DNA of 36,385 nucleotides, taken from positions 1 through 36,385 of IMG/VR virus record IMGVR_UViG_3300038379_000145; one strand, given 5' to 3'. Both the position numbers and the translations under genes were made by a program. Shown piece after piece: positions 8,349 to 17,323 of the stretch. Source of the stretch: a virus (taxonomy: Duplodnaviria; Caudoviricetes). The notes below the pieces were generated by a model. The model ran no database searches. It saw only the letters and a program-made list of their open reading frames with translations, and was not told where the DNA came from. Each line of letters begins with the position of its first letter. Position 1 is the stretch's first letter.

Positions 8349-9661
8349 TAGGTGAATTCCCCCGCAAGCACCACCACGGTTGCAGATCGCCAGTAAGCGC
8401 TGCCCATCTGGTTGGCAGACAGCGTTGCGGACGCAGAGTCCGTGCCGTTGACGTACATGGTCAGGCCCGAAGCGCGTGTGAACGTGCGCGCCGATGTGCC
8501 GGGGTCGAAGATGATCCAGTCGTCTGTAGCGAACACGCCGTCGTCTAACGTGATGCCGCCCGAGCAATTCACCACGCGATTGCGCGACGCAACTGTCAGC
8601 GTGCCGCTCGTTTCTGTGGATGCTTTGAGGCCAGACACCAGCTTGCCGGTTGTGGCCTCTATGACGGCTTGCGCGTTGTTGTGCGTCAGAATGACGTTGC
8701 CGTTGTTGAAGTTGTGCAGAGCGCCAGATGCCCAAAAGCCGTCACTGTACGAGAACGACGCAGTTCCGAGTGAAAGGCCGTCGTTTGTGTTCGGTCTAAT
8801 GGTCGTGCTGGTTACGATAAAGCGTTTCGCCAGCGTGCCGCCCGAGATGACGCTGAAATCTACGGAGCCGGACTCCGCGCCCGCTGTTAGCGCAAATGCA
8901 TTTGATGCAATGCGCCCAGTTTCGGTCTGCGTTCCCGAGAGGTTGGAGAGGTAAAAACTTACATACCCCTCGTCATTGTTCGCAGGCGTCGCGCGGTCGC
9001 TTTGGAAGCGTGCTACTTGCACGGATGCGCTGTCCGTCGCGTTCGTGAAGTTAGCGCTTGGCGTGGTCGCGCCCCCGCCCTGGCTTGCCGTGATGCTGCT
9101 CACGCTCGGCGTCAGCGTTAGGCTCACCGTGTCCGGCGCCGTGACCTGCACCAGCGCGTTGCCGGAAGACCAGGACAAAGCAGCAAACGCCGTCAGCATC
9201 GCGTCGAGGGGCTGGTAGGATGCAACGCCCGTCTCCGGGTTCAGCAGAATCCAGTACGTGCCGTTATAGACGACGAAGTAAATGCCGCCCGCAACGATGT
9301 CGTTTGCCGAAAGCGCCGTTTCCGCGCCGCCCTTGCGGATCGCGGTTGCGCCCACGCCGTCAACGTTCAGCGTCGCCGCGCCGGTATTGGTGAAGCCCGC
9401 CTTGAACACAAAGCCGCGCCCCGCTGCGTAGGACGTGATCGCCGCCACGCTGTCGGACGTGTACGTCTGCGCATTGCCAGAGCCGCCCGTGGTCTTGGCC
9501 CCGGTGATCTGGTTGGCGAAGCCCTTGAGCGCGGCCATGAAAGCGCGCGAACTATCGTTCAGCGACGCCGGGGTCTGCGCTTCGGCAAAGTTGATGTTGC
9601 TGTCGGCGCCGCCGTTGCTTGAGGCCGTGACGCTGAACGCCTGTTGTACGCCTACCGCCAT
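8348..9661 (-). CDS. Tail fibre protein
   Basis: N-terminal INFAEAQTPASLNDSSRAFMA anchor, NTGAATLNVDGVGATAIRK fibre motif and an S/T/G/A-rich body. Confidence 0.8.
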   Translation of the reverse strand: MAVGVQQAFSVTASSNGGADSNINFAEAQTPASLNDSSRAFMAALKGFANQITGAKTTGGSGNAQTYTSDSVAAITSYAAGRGFVFKAGFTNTGAATLNVDGVGATAIRKGGAETALSANDIVAGGIYFVVYNGTYWILLNPETGVASYQPLDAMLTAFAALSWSSGNALVQVTAPDTVSLTLTPSVSSITASQGGGATTPSANFTNATDSASVQVARFQSDRATPANNDEGYVSFYLSNLSGTQTETGRIASNAFALTAGAESGSVDFSVISGGTLAKRFIVTSTTIRPNTNDGLSLGTASFSYSDGFWASGALHNFNNGNVILTHNNAQAVIEATTGKLVSGLKASTETSGTLTVASRNRVVNCSGGITLDDGVFATDDWIIFDPGTSARTFTRASGLTMYVNGTDSASATLSANQMGSAYWRSATVVVLAGEFT

Positions 9662-9679
9662 TTAGTCAGTGCTCCGGGC

Positions 9680-9705
9680 AAAGAAAAACCCCGCTCGCGC
9701 GGGGT
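9680..9705 (-). terminator. Rho-independent terminator
   Basis: Minus strand reads ACCCCGC-GCGA-GCGGGGT followed by TTTTCTTT. Confidence 0.8.
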
Positions 9706-9716
9706 GGGGAAGTGGG

Positions 9717-9878
9717 TCATTTTGGGGTTATGTTTCGCGCTCGACGCTCTCGCTCCTCGCGGTCGCGCAATCTCTTATCAAGCCAATTCCAGCCCATGTG
9801 ATACCCGATCACTAGCCCGGCCATCACAGCCACCGGCCGAATATAGTTATAGGCAAAGTTCGGGTCATCGAACATCAT
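9717..9878 (-). CDS. Small single-TM protein (53 aa); not in ORF track
   Basis: Manual translation gives MMFDDPNFAYNYIRPVAVMAGLVIGYHMGWNWLDKRLRDREERERRARNITPK*. ATGA overlap with the upstream stop, terminator downstream. Confidence 0.65.
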   Translation of the reverse strand: MMFDDPNFAYNYIRPVAVMAGLVIGYHMGWNWLDKRLRDREERERRARNITPK

Positions 9879-11977
9879 GCGCCGCCGTACGCAAAGAACT
9901 CATTCGGCGCGAACCCAAGCGCGTTGACGGCGCCCCCTTGCAGAGCAAGGGGGCCAGCCCACGAACGTAGCTCGCGCTGCTCTTTCGCCCTCCTCAAAGC
10001 GCGGCTGAGCAATCCGCGCTCTTGCGCAAACGCCTGAATGTTGCGCGGCGCGTTCGGCCCAGTCAATGGCGTCCGCATGAGATCGAGAATTTCTGTAGCT
10101 AACTGCTCGTCATAGCGTGCCTGTTGATCGCGCCCCAGCGCCCGCTGAACGCGCGAGAAAGGCGATCCGTCCGCGCCAAACATCTGCTCGGCGCCCTGGA
10201 GTTTATCGGCGGTTGGCGAACCGCGCCCAAGATTCGTGTCGGCATAGTTGAGGAACAGCCGCCGCTCGTAATCGAGAGCGCGCATGACGCGGTTAAACCG
10301 CGCCTCGCCGCCAAAGATAGCGCGGAGATTGTTGCGCTTGGCCTCATTGCCGACGATAGCGCGAAGCACGTCAGCGCGGCCCGTGCCAGTATCAGCGCGC
10401 GCCAGCTCTCGACGTAGCCCGGAAATCGCCGCATGACGCGCGGCCTCGCGCTCAGCGTTACTCATGCGCGCCAAGCGGCGGGCGTAGTCGGCAAGATCAA
10501 CCTCCCCGCCGTTCAGCCGCACGCTATCCTCGCCCATGCGCCACGCTTCCTTCAGCCGTTCAGCGCCGGCATATTTGCTCATAGCGCGACCGTAGGCGCT
10601 CTGTGGCCCGCCCATCATGCGAATGACGGCCTGATTGACCATCTGGTCATCCTGAACCATCTCGCCAACCGCCGAACCTCGCGGTGCGCCAAGCGGCGTC
10701 ATTCGCGAAGCCCGATAGACCGCGCTGACTTCGGCGCTCACGTTCTCCTGAAGACGATGCCAGAAGCGCGGCGAGCGCATCATGGCCTCGTCGGTCATAT
10801 TGGGATTGCCGGTTAGCCGGCGCATTGACTCCCGCGCGGCCTCAACAGCAGAGCTGAAACGAGCGCCAGAGCGGCTGTTAAAAGCCACGAAGTCCCGCAA
10901 CTCACGCGGGACCGATTGCACGGTTTGCCGCATGGCCTCTGTGAAGAGCGGCGCCGCTTCGGTCTTCTGAATGCCGTCCAGTTCTTCCCAGGCTTGCGCC
11001 ACTGTACGATTGCGCCCGCCGCCGAGATCACGAACCAGCATCGCGTCAACGCGATCTCGTGCGCCCGAATTGCGTTGCTCTAGCGCCTCCTGCATGGCGC
11101 GTCGCCCAGCGCTTGGACGCGCCGCCGCCACCATCGTCATATTCGTCCCGGCGTCGCCCAGCGCATCCATAACCATGGGGTTGGAGCCGGGCGAGAAGCG
11201 TTCTAGCCGCGCCAAATTACGCGCGCGTGACGCCAACTCATCCTCAACGCTCACGCCCCTTGCAGCAGCCATCTCTGGGATGTCTGAGCGATTGATGGCG
11301 CGTCCAAGTTCCTGCGCGGCGCGCTCGGCCGGATCCAACATCGGGGAGACGGCAGAGCGCCAAGCATGCGCCGCGCCCATTCCCAACCCCTGCAAAGCGC
11401 CGCCTGTGACTGCCCCCAGCCCAGCGCCGATAGCGCCACCCGTCAGGCGATTCCGCCAGCCCTCTACACTGTCTAATCTGTCATCGTTGTCTGAGGCCGC
11501 TCCATAAAAGGCGCCAAAGCCAGCGCCGCTGCCGCCTGCCGCTAGAACTCTCTGCGTTGGCGTCAAATTGCGGAGGGCATTGGCGCCGGCCGCGGCGCCC
11601 CTAGCGCCGCGCGCAGCTAATCCAACCGCGCCGCCTAGAGGCAACGCGCCAGCCAACGCGCCAGCGAGCGCTGAGCCGCCGTGATATTGCCACGCATCGC
11701 GCAGACGCTGACGCGAGCGCTCGGCCTGGTCGCGATAGGCTGAACCGAAATCGCCGCCCCTAGCCGCCGCGCCAATGCCAGCGCCGAGGCCCATGAACTC
11801 GTCCCCCAAGCCCAGACTTAGCGAGTCTCCAGCAGACGAGAGAAATGAGCCGAACTCGCCGCCAGCGCCCTGCAGATTGCCCATGCGGCGCTCTTGCTCA
11901 ATCTCATAGCGAGTCGCGCGTCCGCTTGCGATGCGCTGCAATTCTTCTGTCGAAAAGGCATCCCAGCCTCGCGTCAT
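9875..11977 (-). CDS. DNA ejection/pilot protein (700 aa; P22 gp16-like position)
   Basis: Gly/Ala-rich hydrophobic N-terminal part (DSLSLGLGDEFMG, GAIGAGLGAVTGG) and a helical Arg/Ala-rich body. Last gene before the fibres. Confidence 0.75.
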   Translation of the reverse strand: MTRGWDAFSTEELQRIASGRATRYEIEQERRMGNLQGAGGEFGSFLSSAGDSLSLGLGDEFMGLGAGIGAAARGGDFGSAYRDQAERSRQRLRDAWQYHGGSALAGALAGALPLGGAVGLAARGARGAAAGANALRNLTPTQRVLAAGGSGAGFGAFYGAASDNDDRLDSVEGWRNRLTGGAIGAGLGAVTGGALQGLGMGAAHAWRSAVSPMLDPAERAAQELGRAINRSDIPEMAAARGVSVEDELASRARNLARLERFSPGSNPMVMDALGDAGTNMTMVAAARPSAGRRAMQEALEQRNSGARDRVDAMLVRDLGGGRNRTVAQAWEELDGIQKTEAAPLFTEAMRQTVQSVPRELRDFVAFNSRSGARFSSAVEAARESMRRLTGNPNMTDEAMMRSPRFWHRLQENVSAEVSAVYRASRMTPLGAPRGSAVGEMVQDDQMVNQAVIRMMGGPQSAYGRAMSKYAGAERLKEAWRMGEDSVRLNGGEVDLADYARRLARMSNAEREAARHAAISGLRRELARADTGTGRADVLRAIVGNEAKRNNLRAIFGGEARFNRVMRALDYERRLFLNYADTNLGRGSPTADKLQGAEQMFGADGSPFSRVQRALGRDQQARYDEQLATEILDLMRTPLTGPNAPRNIQAFAQERGLLSRALRRAKEQRELRSWAGPLALQGGAVNALGFAPNEFFAYGGA

Positions 11978-13437
11978 GGAACGAGCCCAGCTTGCCGCAT
12001 TTGTTGCTCGAAGACACGCGCCCTTTGCGTCTGTCTATTTCTGAGCGCTTCTTGATACTCACGCACCAGCACCGTCTCGCGGCCCTGGCGCGGCTGCCTT
12101 AGCAGCCTTGGCATGGACGTATCGCCGCCAATATTGCCATATCCGTTAGACGCTGGCGCGCGTTGACGCTCTGCAAGCACGCGGGCCGCCGCCTGTTGCT
12201 CCGCACTCGCGCTGCCGCCGCTTGATGGCGGCGGCGATGACTGCCCCGTTGCGCCGTAGCGCGTATAGCCGTCTTGGCTCTGATACCAGTTGCGTCCCGT
12301 TGCTGGATCTGGCTCGTAAAGCGAGCGCCCGCCGCCGCCCTGCATGTATTGAACGCGACTTTGCACGGAACGCTCCAAGTCGGCGCGATCCTGGCGCGCG
12401 CGCGCTAGCCAGTCTCTAACAAACAGATGCCCGGCCTGGCTGTTCGGATTGCCACGGACAGCAGAAAGTAAGTCGATATTGGAGACGGGCGTTTGCCCGC
12501 GTAGCTCTTCGCGAGCGAGGTTCGTGCTAACCGCATAGATCGTGTTCAAATCGCGCCGCATTTGCGGATCGCGGACGCGCGCCAGAACAACAGATTGATC
12601 GCCATCCATGATCTGATCGAACGCGGCAGGGTTGCGTTGGAGTATTTCCTCCAGCGCCGCAATGTCATTATCGACCAGACGCCAATTGCTCAGCCGACCC
12701 ATGTCGGTATTCATGCGCTCAGCTTCGCCACGACCAAGCAATCCTTGCGCCGAGTTGAAAAGCCGGTCCTGCTCCAAGCGGCGCGCGTCCATGGCAAGCG
12801 ACGCGCCACGATAGGCGCGGTTATCACGCGCCTCTTGCGTTTGCAGTTCCAGTTGCTGCCGCCGCAGGTCAAAATCGCGTTGCTGCTGCAAATATGATCC
12901 CAGCTCGTCGGGATCGACCATGCGCAGTTCTGCGCGCTCTGCCTCTGGGCGGCTGTTGATATACTCCTGCGCCAGCCGGCGACGCTCAGTCATACCAGAG
13001 CGCTCTTGCTGCGCCCATTGCCACTGCTCGCTCTCGCGCTTATCCGCCACCGCCTGCCGGCGCTGCTCGTTCTCCAGCGCTTGCCGCTCGCGCTGATCCT
13101 GCCCGTAGGCGCGCAAGTCCTGGCCCACGCCGGCCCAGTTCGAGCCCTGCGCATTGCCCAGCAAGCTCATGCCCAGCGTGAACAGCGGCGAGCTGAAAGC
13201 GTTGTTGAGCCGATCGCTGAACCCACCCTTTCCGTTCTGCCCGGTCAGCCGCGACAGCCACCCGCCGCCGCCCGTGTCCGGTCTGGATTGCACAAGCGGC
13301 TGCTGCATCGGTTGCGGCGGCGGCGCTATCGCCGGCCCCTGGCCTTGGCCAAAGGCTTGACCATAAGCCTGCTCGGCGCCGGGGATGTACGGATTGACGC
13401 CGGGGATGCGTTGCATCCAGGGAGAAAGGAGGCCCAT
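11974..13437 (-). CDS. DNA ejection/internal virion protein (487 aa; gp20-like position)
   Basis: Q/G/P-rich N-terminus, LFTLGMSLLG segment and Q/R/E coiled coil. Begins MGLLS. Confidence 0.7.
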   Translation of the reverse strand: MGLLSPWMQRIPGVNPYIPGAEQAYGQAFGQGQGPAIAPPPQPMQQPLVQSRPDTGGGGWLSRLTGQNGKGGFSDRLNNAFSSPLFTLGMSLLGNAQGSNWAGVGQDLRAYGQDQRERQALENEQRRQAVADKRESEQWQWAQQERSGMTERRRLAQEYINSRPEAERAELRMVDPDELGSYLQQQRDFDLRRQQLELQTQEARDNRAYRGASLAMDARRLEQDRLFNSAQGLLGRGEAERMNTDMGRLSNWRLVDNDIAALEEILQRNPAAFDQIMDGDQSVVLARVRDPQMRRDLNTIYAVSTNLAREELRGQTPVSNIDLLSAVRGNPNSQAGHLFVRDWLARARQDRADLERSVQSRVQYMQGGGGRSLYEPDPATGRNWYQSQDGYTRYGATGQSSPPPSSGGSASAEQQAAARVLAERQRAPASNGYGNIGGDTSMPRLLRQPRQGRETVLVREYQEALRNRQTQRARVFEQQMRQAGLVP

Positions 13438-13449
13438 AGACGTTGCTCT

Positions 13450-13803
13450 CTACCGCATCGGGTTCGTCTGCATCAGGATCAATTCGACATCATCGTAAAG
13501 CATAGGGCTCTGCGCCTTGACTTGTTGAAGTAGTTGATTCGCGCCCGCCTCGTTGCCTTGTTCGACTAGCGCGCGGACGTCCATTGCGATTTGGCGCGCA
13601 TGCCCTTTGTTTTGTAGCGAGACGCCATCTTCTGCCCAGGCAAGCCCCTGCCGCGCCATTGGCGCCCACTCAGGCAAGGCGCCGCGATAATCACCTGGGC
13701 GCATGACGTTATGCAACGTCTGTCCGAGGCTAGATTGAGCGCGACCGCCGAAAACTTCGCCTAGCCCACGCATTCGCTGAGCGGCGCGACTTAGTATGCC
13801 CAT
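13450..13803 (-). CDS. Hypothetical protein with shared N-terminal leader (putative virion cargo)
   Basis: Begins MGILSRAAQRMRGLGEVFG. GGAG RBS. Confidence 0.75.
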   Translation of the reverse strand: MGILSRAAQRMRGLGEVFGGRAQSSLGQTLHNVMRPGDYRGALPEWAPMARQGLAWAEDGVSLQNKGHARQIAMDVRALVEQGNEAGANQLLQQVKAQSPMLYDDVELILMQTNPMR

Positions 13804-13823
13804 GCTAATCTCCTAATAGGTCC

Positions 13824-14330
13824 TCAAAAGCTCTGCGGCCAGAAGCGTTGCAGGATGCCCTGCATCGGATCGCCAAGCGTCGAGCCGTAATTCGCCAGCG
13901 GATTGCCGTTCGGGCGGCCGCCCAGAGGGCCGCGCGTCGTCGCGGGCGCGCTGGTGCTCATCGGCATCGGCGGCGGGGTAAACGTTGGCGGCGCGCGCCC
14001 TGGGCCTTGGCCATTCATCATGGCGCCAAGCTGCTGCTGGAATTGCGGGCTGTTCGCGAACGCGCCTTGCATGCCGCCGAAGCTGGGCGCCTCGCCCGTC
14101 GCCATCATCTGCAAGCCATTCTGGAACATCGGGCCAGACAGCGCCGATGCCCCCTGGTGCAGCCACTTCGGCCCGCCAAGCTCGCTTGAGTTGACCGCCA
14201 TCGGCCCGCCGGGCTTCGGATCAATGCCCTGCCCCGGCTTGTTGTTGAGCAACATGGGCAAGAGGCCAAGCATCGCCGTACTGCCGCCCTGCCCCATACC
14301 GAGGCCGCCAAGCGCGCTGAGAATGCCCAT
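13824..14330 (-). CDS. Low-complexity G/P/M/Q-rich putative internal virion protein
   Basis: Begins MGILSALGG and starts 2 nt after the upstream stop. Confidence 0.65.
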   Translation of the reverse strand: MGILSALGGLGMGQGGSTAMLGLLPMLLNNKPGQGIDPKPGGPMAVNSSELGGPKWLHQGASALSGPMFQNGLQMMATGEAPSFGGMQGAFANSPQFQQQLGAMMNGQGPGRAPPTFTPPPMPMSTSAPATTRGPLGGRPNGNPLANYGSTLGDPMQGILQRFWPQSF

Positions 14331-14332
14331 TG

Positions 14333-15469
14333 TTACAACGCTCCATAATCAACGCACAGGAAGCCCGATGCGTGCGTGTAAACTGCGTGCGGCGGCGCTT
14401 CGTCGGCCATGACGCCGACGCGCTTCACGCCGGGCGCATCCCAGAGGTAGGCGAAGCGATAAAGCGGCGTGCCGTTGATGTCGGCGTCAAGCGGCTCAAT
14501 CTCGCGCTTCAAGCGCCGGTCAGAGAAAGCCGCAAACAGGCTCGCAATGCTCGACGCCGCGCCAAGGCCCTGCATGAGTCTGTTCGGCCCCGGCTGCGTT
14601 TGCGTCTGCGTGCTGCTGGAGAAATCCGGCAAGCCGCTCATCATGCCCGCGTATTGCTGCAAGTACTGCCACGGCGCGTTGGCCTGATAGTCATAACGCG
14701 CGCGGTCGTCGTTGATGTAGTTTTGCGCTTGGCCTTCATAGATGCCGCCCACGTCGAGCATGGCTTGGCCCGGCATCTGCCCGTAGCTGAAGAGGCTGGG
14801 CAGCAGCGCCTGCTGACGCGCGGCGTCCTGATTGCCCTGGCTCCACAGCCCACCCAGAAGATCGGCGCCCGCCAGCCTACGGTTGGCGTTGGCGTCGCCG
14901 TAACCGGCCAGCGCTGTCTGCGCCTGCAGGCCGCGATTGCGCTCCGTTTCATACGCGGGCGCGTAGATGGAGCTATAGAGATCGCCGATGCCGCGCGTCA
15001 GCGCTCCGGTGTGAGCGGCGTTGGCGCCGAAGCGGCCCGCTTGCGCGAAATTGGCGTTGACCGCGTTCGTGACCTGCTCGGCCCCGCGATTGAACAGGCC
15101 GTCAAGATGCGGATTGACGCCATTGCCGAACTGCGAGAGCCCGCCAAGGTTCTGGTTGTTCAGTCCGCCCTGCGCCGCGTTGGCCGCGAACGGCATGGCC
15201 GGGTTCCAGCCGGACAGTGAGCGCCCCGCCGCCGCATTGGCCGCCCCCAGGTTCGGCGCCCCGCCCATGGCGTGGTTTTGCAGATAGTCGAGCCCGCTTT
15301 GCGTCTGCTGCGAGAACGGAACAACCGTTTGCCCAGGGTAATAGTTCGGCGTGCCCTGGTTATAGAGGTTCGCCCCCGCCTGCATGATGTTCGAGCGCCA
15401 TGCCTGCGTGACCGGATCGACCTCGGTGACATTGCGCACCGTCGAATTTTGAGAGCCGCCGCCGCCCAT
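14333..15469 (-). CDS. Ejection/pilot protein with C-terminal peptidase-S74-like chaperone domain
   Basis: MGGGGSQNST start and G/A/Q/N-rich body. FSDRRLKREI...LYRFAY...GVMADEAPPHAV...GFLCVDY is the S74 autocleavage signature. Confidence 0.8.
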   Translation of the reverse strand: MGGGGSQNSTVRNVTEVDPVTQAWRSNIMQAGANLYNQGTPNYYPGQTVVPFSQQTQSGLDYLQNHAMGGAPNLGAANAAAGRSLSGWNPAMPFAANAAQGGLNNQNLGGLSQFGNGVNPHLDGLFNRGAEQVTNAVNANFAQAGRFGANAAHTGALTRGIGDLYSSIYAPAYETERNRGLQAQTALAGYGDANANRRLAGADLLGGLWSQGNQDAARQQALLPSLFSYGQMPGQAMLDVGGIYEGQAQNYINDDRARYDYQANAPWQYLQQYAGMMSGLPDFSSSTQTQTQPGPNRLMQGLGAASSIASLFAAFSDRRLKREIEPLDADINGTPLYRFAYLWDAPGVKRVGVMADEAPPHAVYTHASGFLCVDYGAL

Positions 15470-15477
15470 TTACATCC

Positions 15478-15789
15478 TCACTGTATAAAATCGTCGTAGG
15501 GAGTCGGCCGCCTTTGGCCCAAAAGCATCTGGGCGGCTTTTCCACTCCGAACCGCCCGAATCATCTCATCAAAAATCGCCTGCTCGTCCGGCGCTAGCGG
15601 CTCTCCGGCATAGAATTTCCGCGCGATCTCCCGCCCTAAATTGATGTCCGCCGCATTCGGACCAGATTGCGCCATGCGGTCAGCGACAGACGACATAACC
15701 TGAGAGGTTAGCCCACGCTCGGCGCCGGGCGTCGAAAACATATGCCCTGAGCGCAAAGCGCCCCTGGCGGCTCGGCTGAGAAGGCTCAT
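15478..15789 (-). CDS. Hypothetical protein with shared N-terminal leader (putative virion cargo)
   Basis: Begins MSLLSRAARGALRSGHMF. TGATG coupling to the upstream gene. Confidence 0.75.
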   Translation of the reverse strand: MSLLSRAARGALRSGHMFSTPGAERGLTSQVMSSVADRMAQSGPNAADINLGREIARKFYAGEPLAPDEQAIFDEMIRAVRSGKAAQMLLGQRRPTPYDDFIQ

Positions 15790-16187
15790 CAGATTTCACG
15801 CTCCAACGTCACAAAAGTCCCCGTCAGCTTCCAATGCGGCAAGGTCTTCAGCCAACCTTTGCGCCCGCGCGGAATGCGCACCATCGTGCAGCCAAGCGCC
15901 CGCGCGAATTGATCGAACTCACCGTCCACAAACGGCCATTCATGCGCGTTCTCGCCCGCCGCCAGCAGGCAATCCAAGATCAGCTTGCCGTCAGCTCGCA
16001 GCGTGACGCACGTCACCATGACCGCCTGCACTTCATCGCCCTGCACGATGGCGACGATGGGCCAATGCTCCAGGTTTTCGAGCACGCGGTGCACCGTGAA
16101 CTCGCCCCGGCTTTCGGCGCACGCCTTGCTTAGCAGCGGCTCGATGAACTCCCACACGGCAGGCAATTGCTGCGGGAGAATGTGCAC
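15789..16187 (-). CDS. GNAT-like virion assembly protein (P22 gp14-like position)
   Basis: VWEFIEPLLSKAC, LAAGENAHEW, FARALGC and GRKGWLKTL match a common podophage family found before the ejection genes. Confidence 0.65.
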   Translation of the reverse strand: MHILPQQLPAVWEFIEPLLSKACAESRGEFTVHRVLENLEHWPIVAIVQGDEVQAVMVTCVTLRADGKLILDCLLAAGENAHEWPFVDGEFDQFARALGCTMVRIPRGRKGWLKTLPHWKLTGTFVTLEREI

Positions 16188-16213
16188 GAGATGGCGAGAC
16201 TCGTCCTCGCGGG

Positions 16214-16438
16214 TCAGAACGTGCTCAGCGCTGCGCGTTTCCAGTTGCCGCCCCTTGTCTTGATGTAGATGTAATTGTCATCGCACACGATCTGCCCGGC
16301 AAAGCCCGCCGCGCTTATGCTCGCCGGCGTCCCCTCCGGTATGCGCGGACGGTCCTCAAGCGTGTCCACAGCGTCGCGCACGTCTTCCTTGCTGTATCCA
16401 GGCGCAAGCTTCGGATCGCGGCGGGCAATGATGGTCAT
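16214..16438 (-). CDS. Short tail needle/fibre-tip-like protein (74 aa)
   Basis: TPASISAAGFAGQIVCDDNYIYIKTRGGNWKRAALSTF resembles a common phage fibre C-terminal motif. Occupies a gp26-like position. Confidence 0.6.
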   Translation of the reverse strand: MTIIARRDPKLAPGYSKEDVRDAVDTLEDRPRIPEGTPASISAAGFAGQIVCDDNYIYIKTRGGNWKRAALSTF

Positions 16439-16893
16439 GGATCGAAGAGGCCTCTAATATTGCTCTCTCGCAAATCGGCAAATACAGATGACGGCGGAAG
16501 CTCCCATTCGGCATCGTCAATTATGTTGTTGATGCGAACCCCGTCGTATCGGCCGGCTCGCGCCAAAGCGACAAGCTCGTCTGTGTTTATTACGTCTCTA
16601 TTCCATCCGGCCTTTCGCAAGGCCGCTTGCGCGCGCTCTGGAAGGGAGGAGACGCGAACCACCTGCCCGCCGCCCGCATCGGCAGTGAGAAAATTCGCCG
16701 TTCTCATCATGGCCGGAACAACGTTAGCGCCATCGCCATAAGCATAACTTCCCGCAACGTGCGGCGAATCACTCCACCACTGCACAGAGCCAGTGCGTGA
16801 GTTAAACGGCCCGCGAAGCCCTCGAAAAACGGGGACCTCAAATTCGGGCGCCCGCGCCATTGCAGCTTTCATGGCGCGACTAAGTAAAGCCAT
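16435..16893 (-). CDS. ADP-ribosyltransferase-like protein (ART-PolyVal-like), 152 aa
   Basis: ATG at 16893 after GAGG. Contains VFRG, WWSDSPHVAGSYA, GANVVP, YDGVRINNIIDD and NIRGLFDP. Leader MALLSRA. Confidence 0.7.
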   Translation of the reverse strand: MALLSRAMKAAMARAPEFEVPVFRGLRGPFNSRTGSVQWWSDSPHVAGSYAYGDGANVVPAMMRTANFLTADAGGGQVVRVSSLPERAQAALRKAGWNRDVINTDELVALARAGRYDGVRINNIIDDAEWELPPSSVFADLRESNIRGLFDP

Positions 16894-16897
16894 GACC

Positions 16898-17323
16898 TCA
16901 GCCGCGCACCGGTAATATTCTGCCCGACAGATCGGCAACAACCGTCGTTGGCTCCAGAACGACGCCGGTGTCGTCATCCATGACATTGCGGATCACTAAG
17001 CCATCGTAGCCTCGGCGCTTCGCCGCTGCGGCAAGCGCCTCTGTGTCTGTGGTTTGCAGGCCGCGAAACTCTCTTCTCAGAGCCGCTGGGATCGGAACAT
17101 CAAACCACGGCCCGCCAGCGGCATCGATCTCTAGCGCGTTTTTAAACGAACCGCTGCCAGCGCCAACCTGCCCGTACTGAGCCGCCAAGGCTTCGCTTTC
17201 GCTCCAAAACGGCGCCACGCTTCTTTCACCGCGCTGCCCATTACCAAAGCCACGATAAAGGCGCGAGAATTTTACGCCATTTGAACGGCGCATCGCTTGC
17301 ATCAAAGGCCTCAACAACCCCAC
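16898..17323 (-). CDS. ADP-ribosyltransferase-like protein (ART-PolyVal-like), 141 aa
   Basis: GTG after GAGGAG. Contains LYRG, FWSESEALAAQYG and AKRRGYDGLVIRNVMDD. Leader MGLLRPL. Confidence 0.7.
   Translation of the reverse strand: MGLLRPLMQAMRRSNGVKFSRLYRGFGNGQRGERSVAPFWSESEALAAQYGQVGAGSGSFKNALEIDAAGGPWFDVPIPAALRREFRGLQTTDTEALAAAAKRRGYDGLVIRNVMDDDTGVVLEPTTVVADLSGRILPVRG

Noticed and set aside
5885-9661. Diversity-generating retroelement acting on the fibre or tailspike, as in BPP-1
   Set aside because: No reverse transcriptase and no template/variable repeat pair seen in the window.
14330-15220. 296-aa ORF on the + strand
   Set aside because: Antisense shadow of the ejection protein gene.
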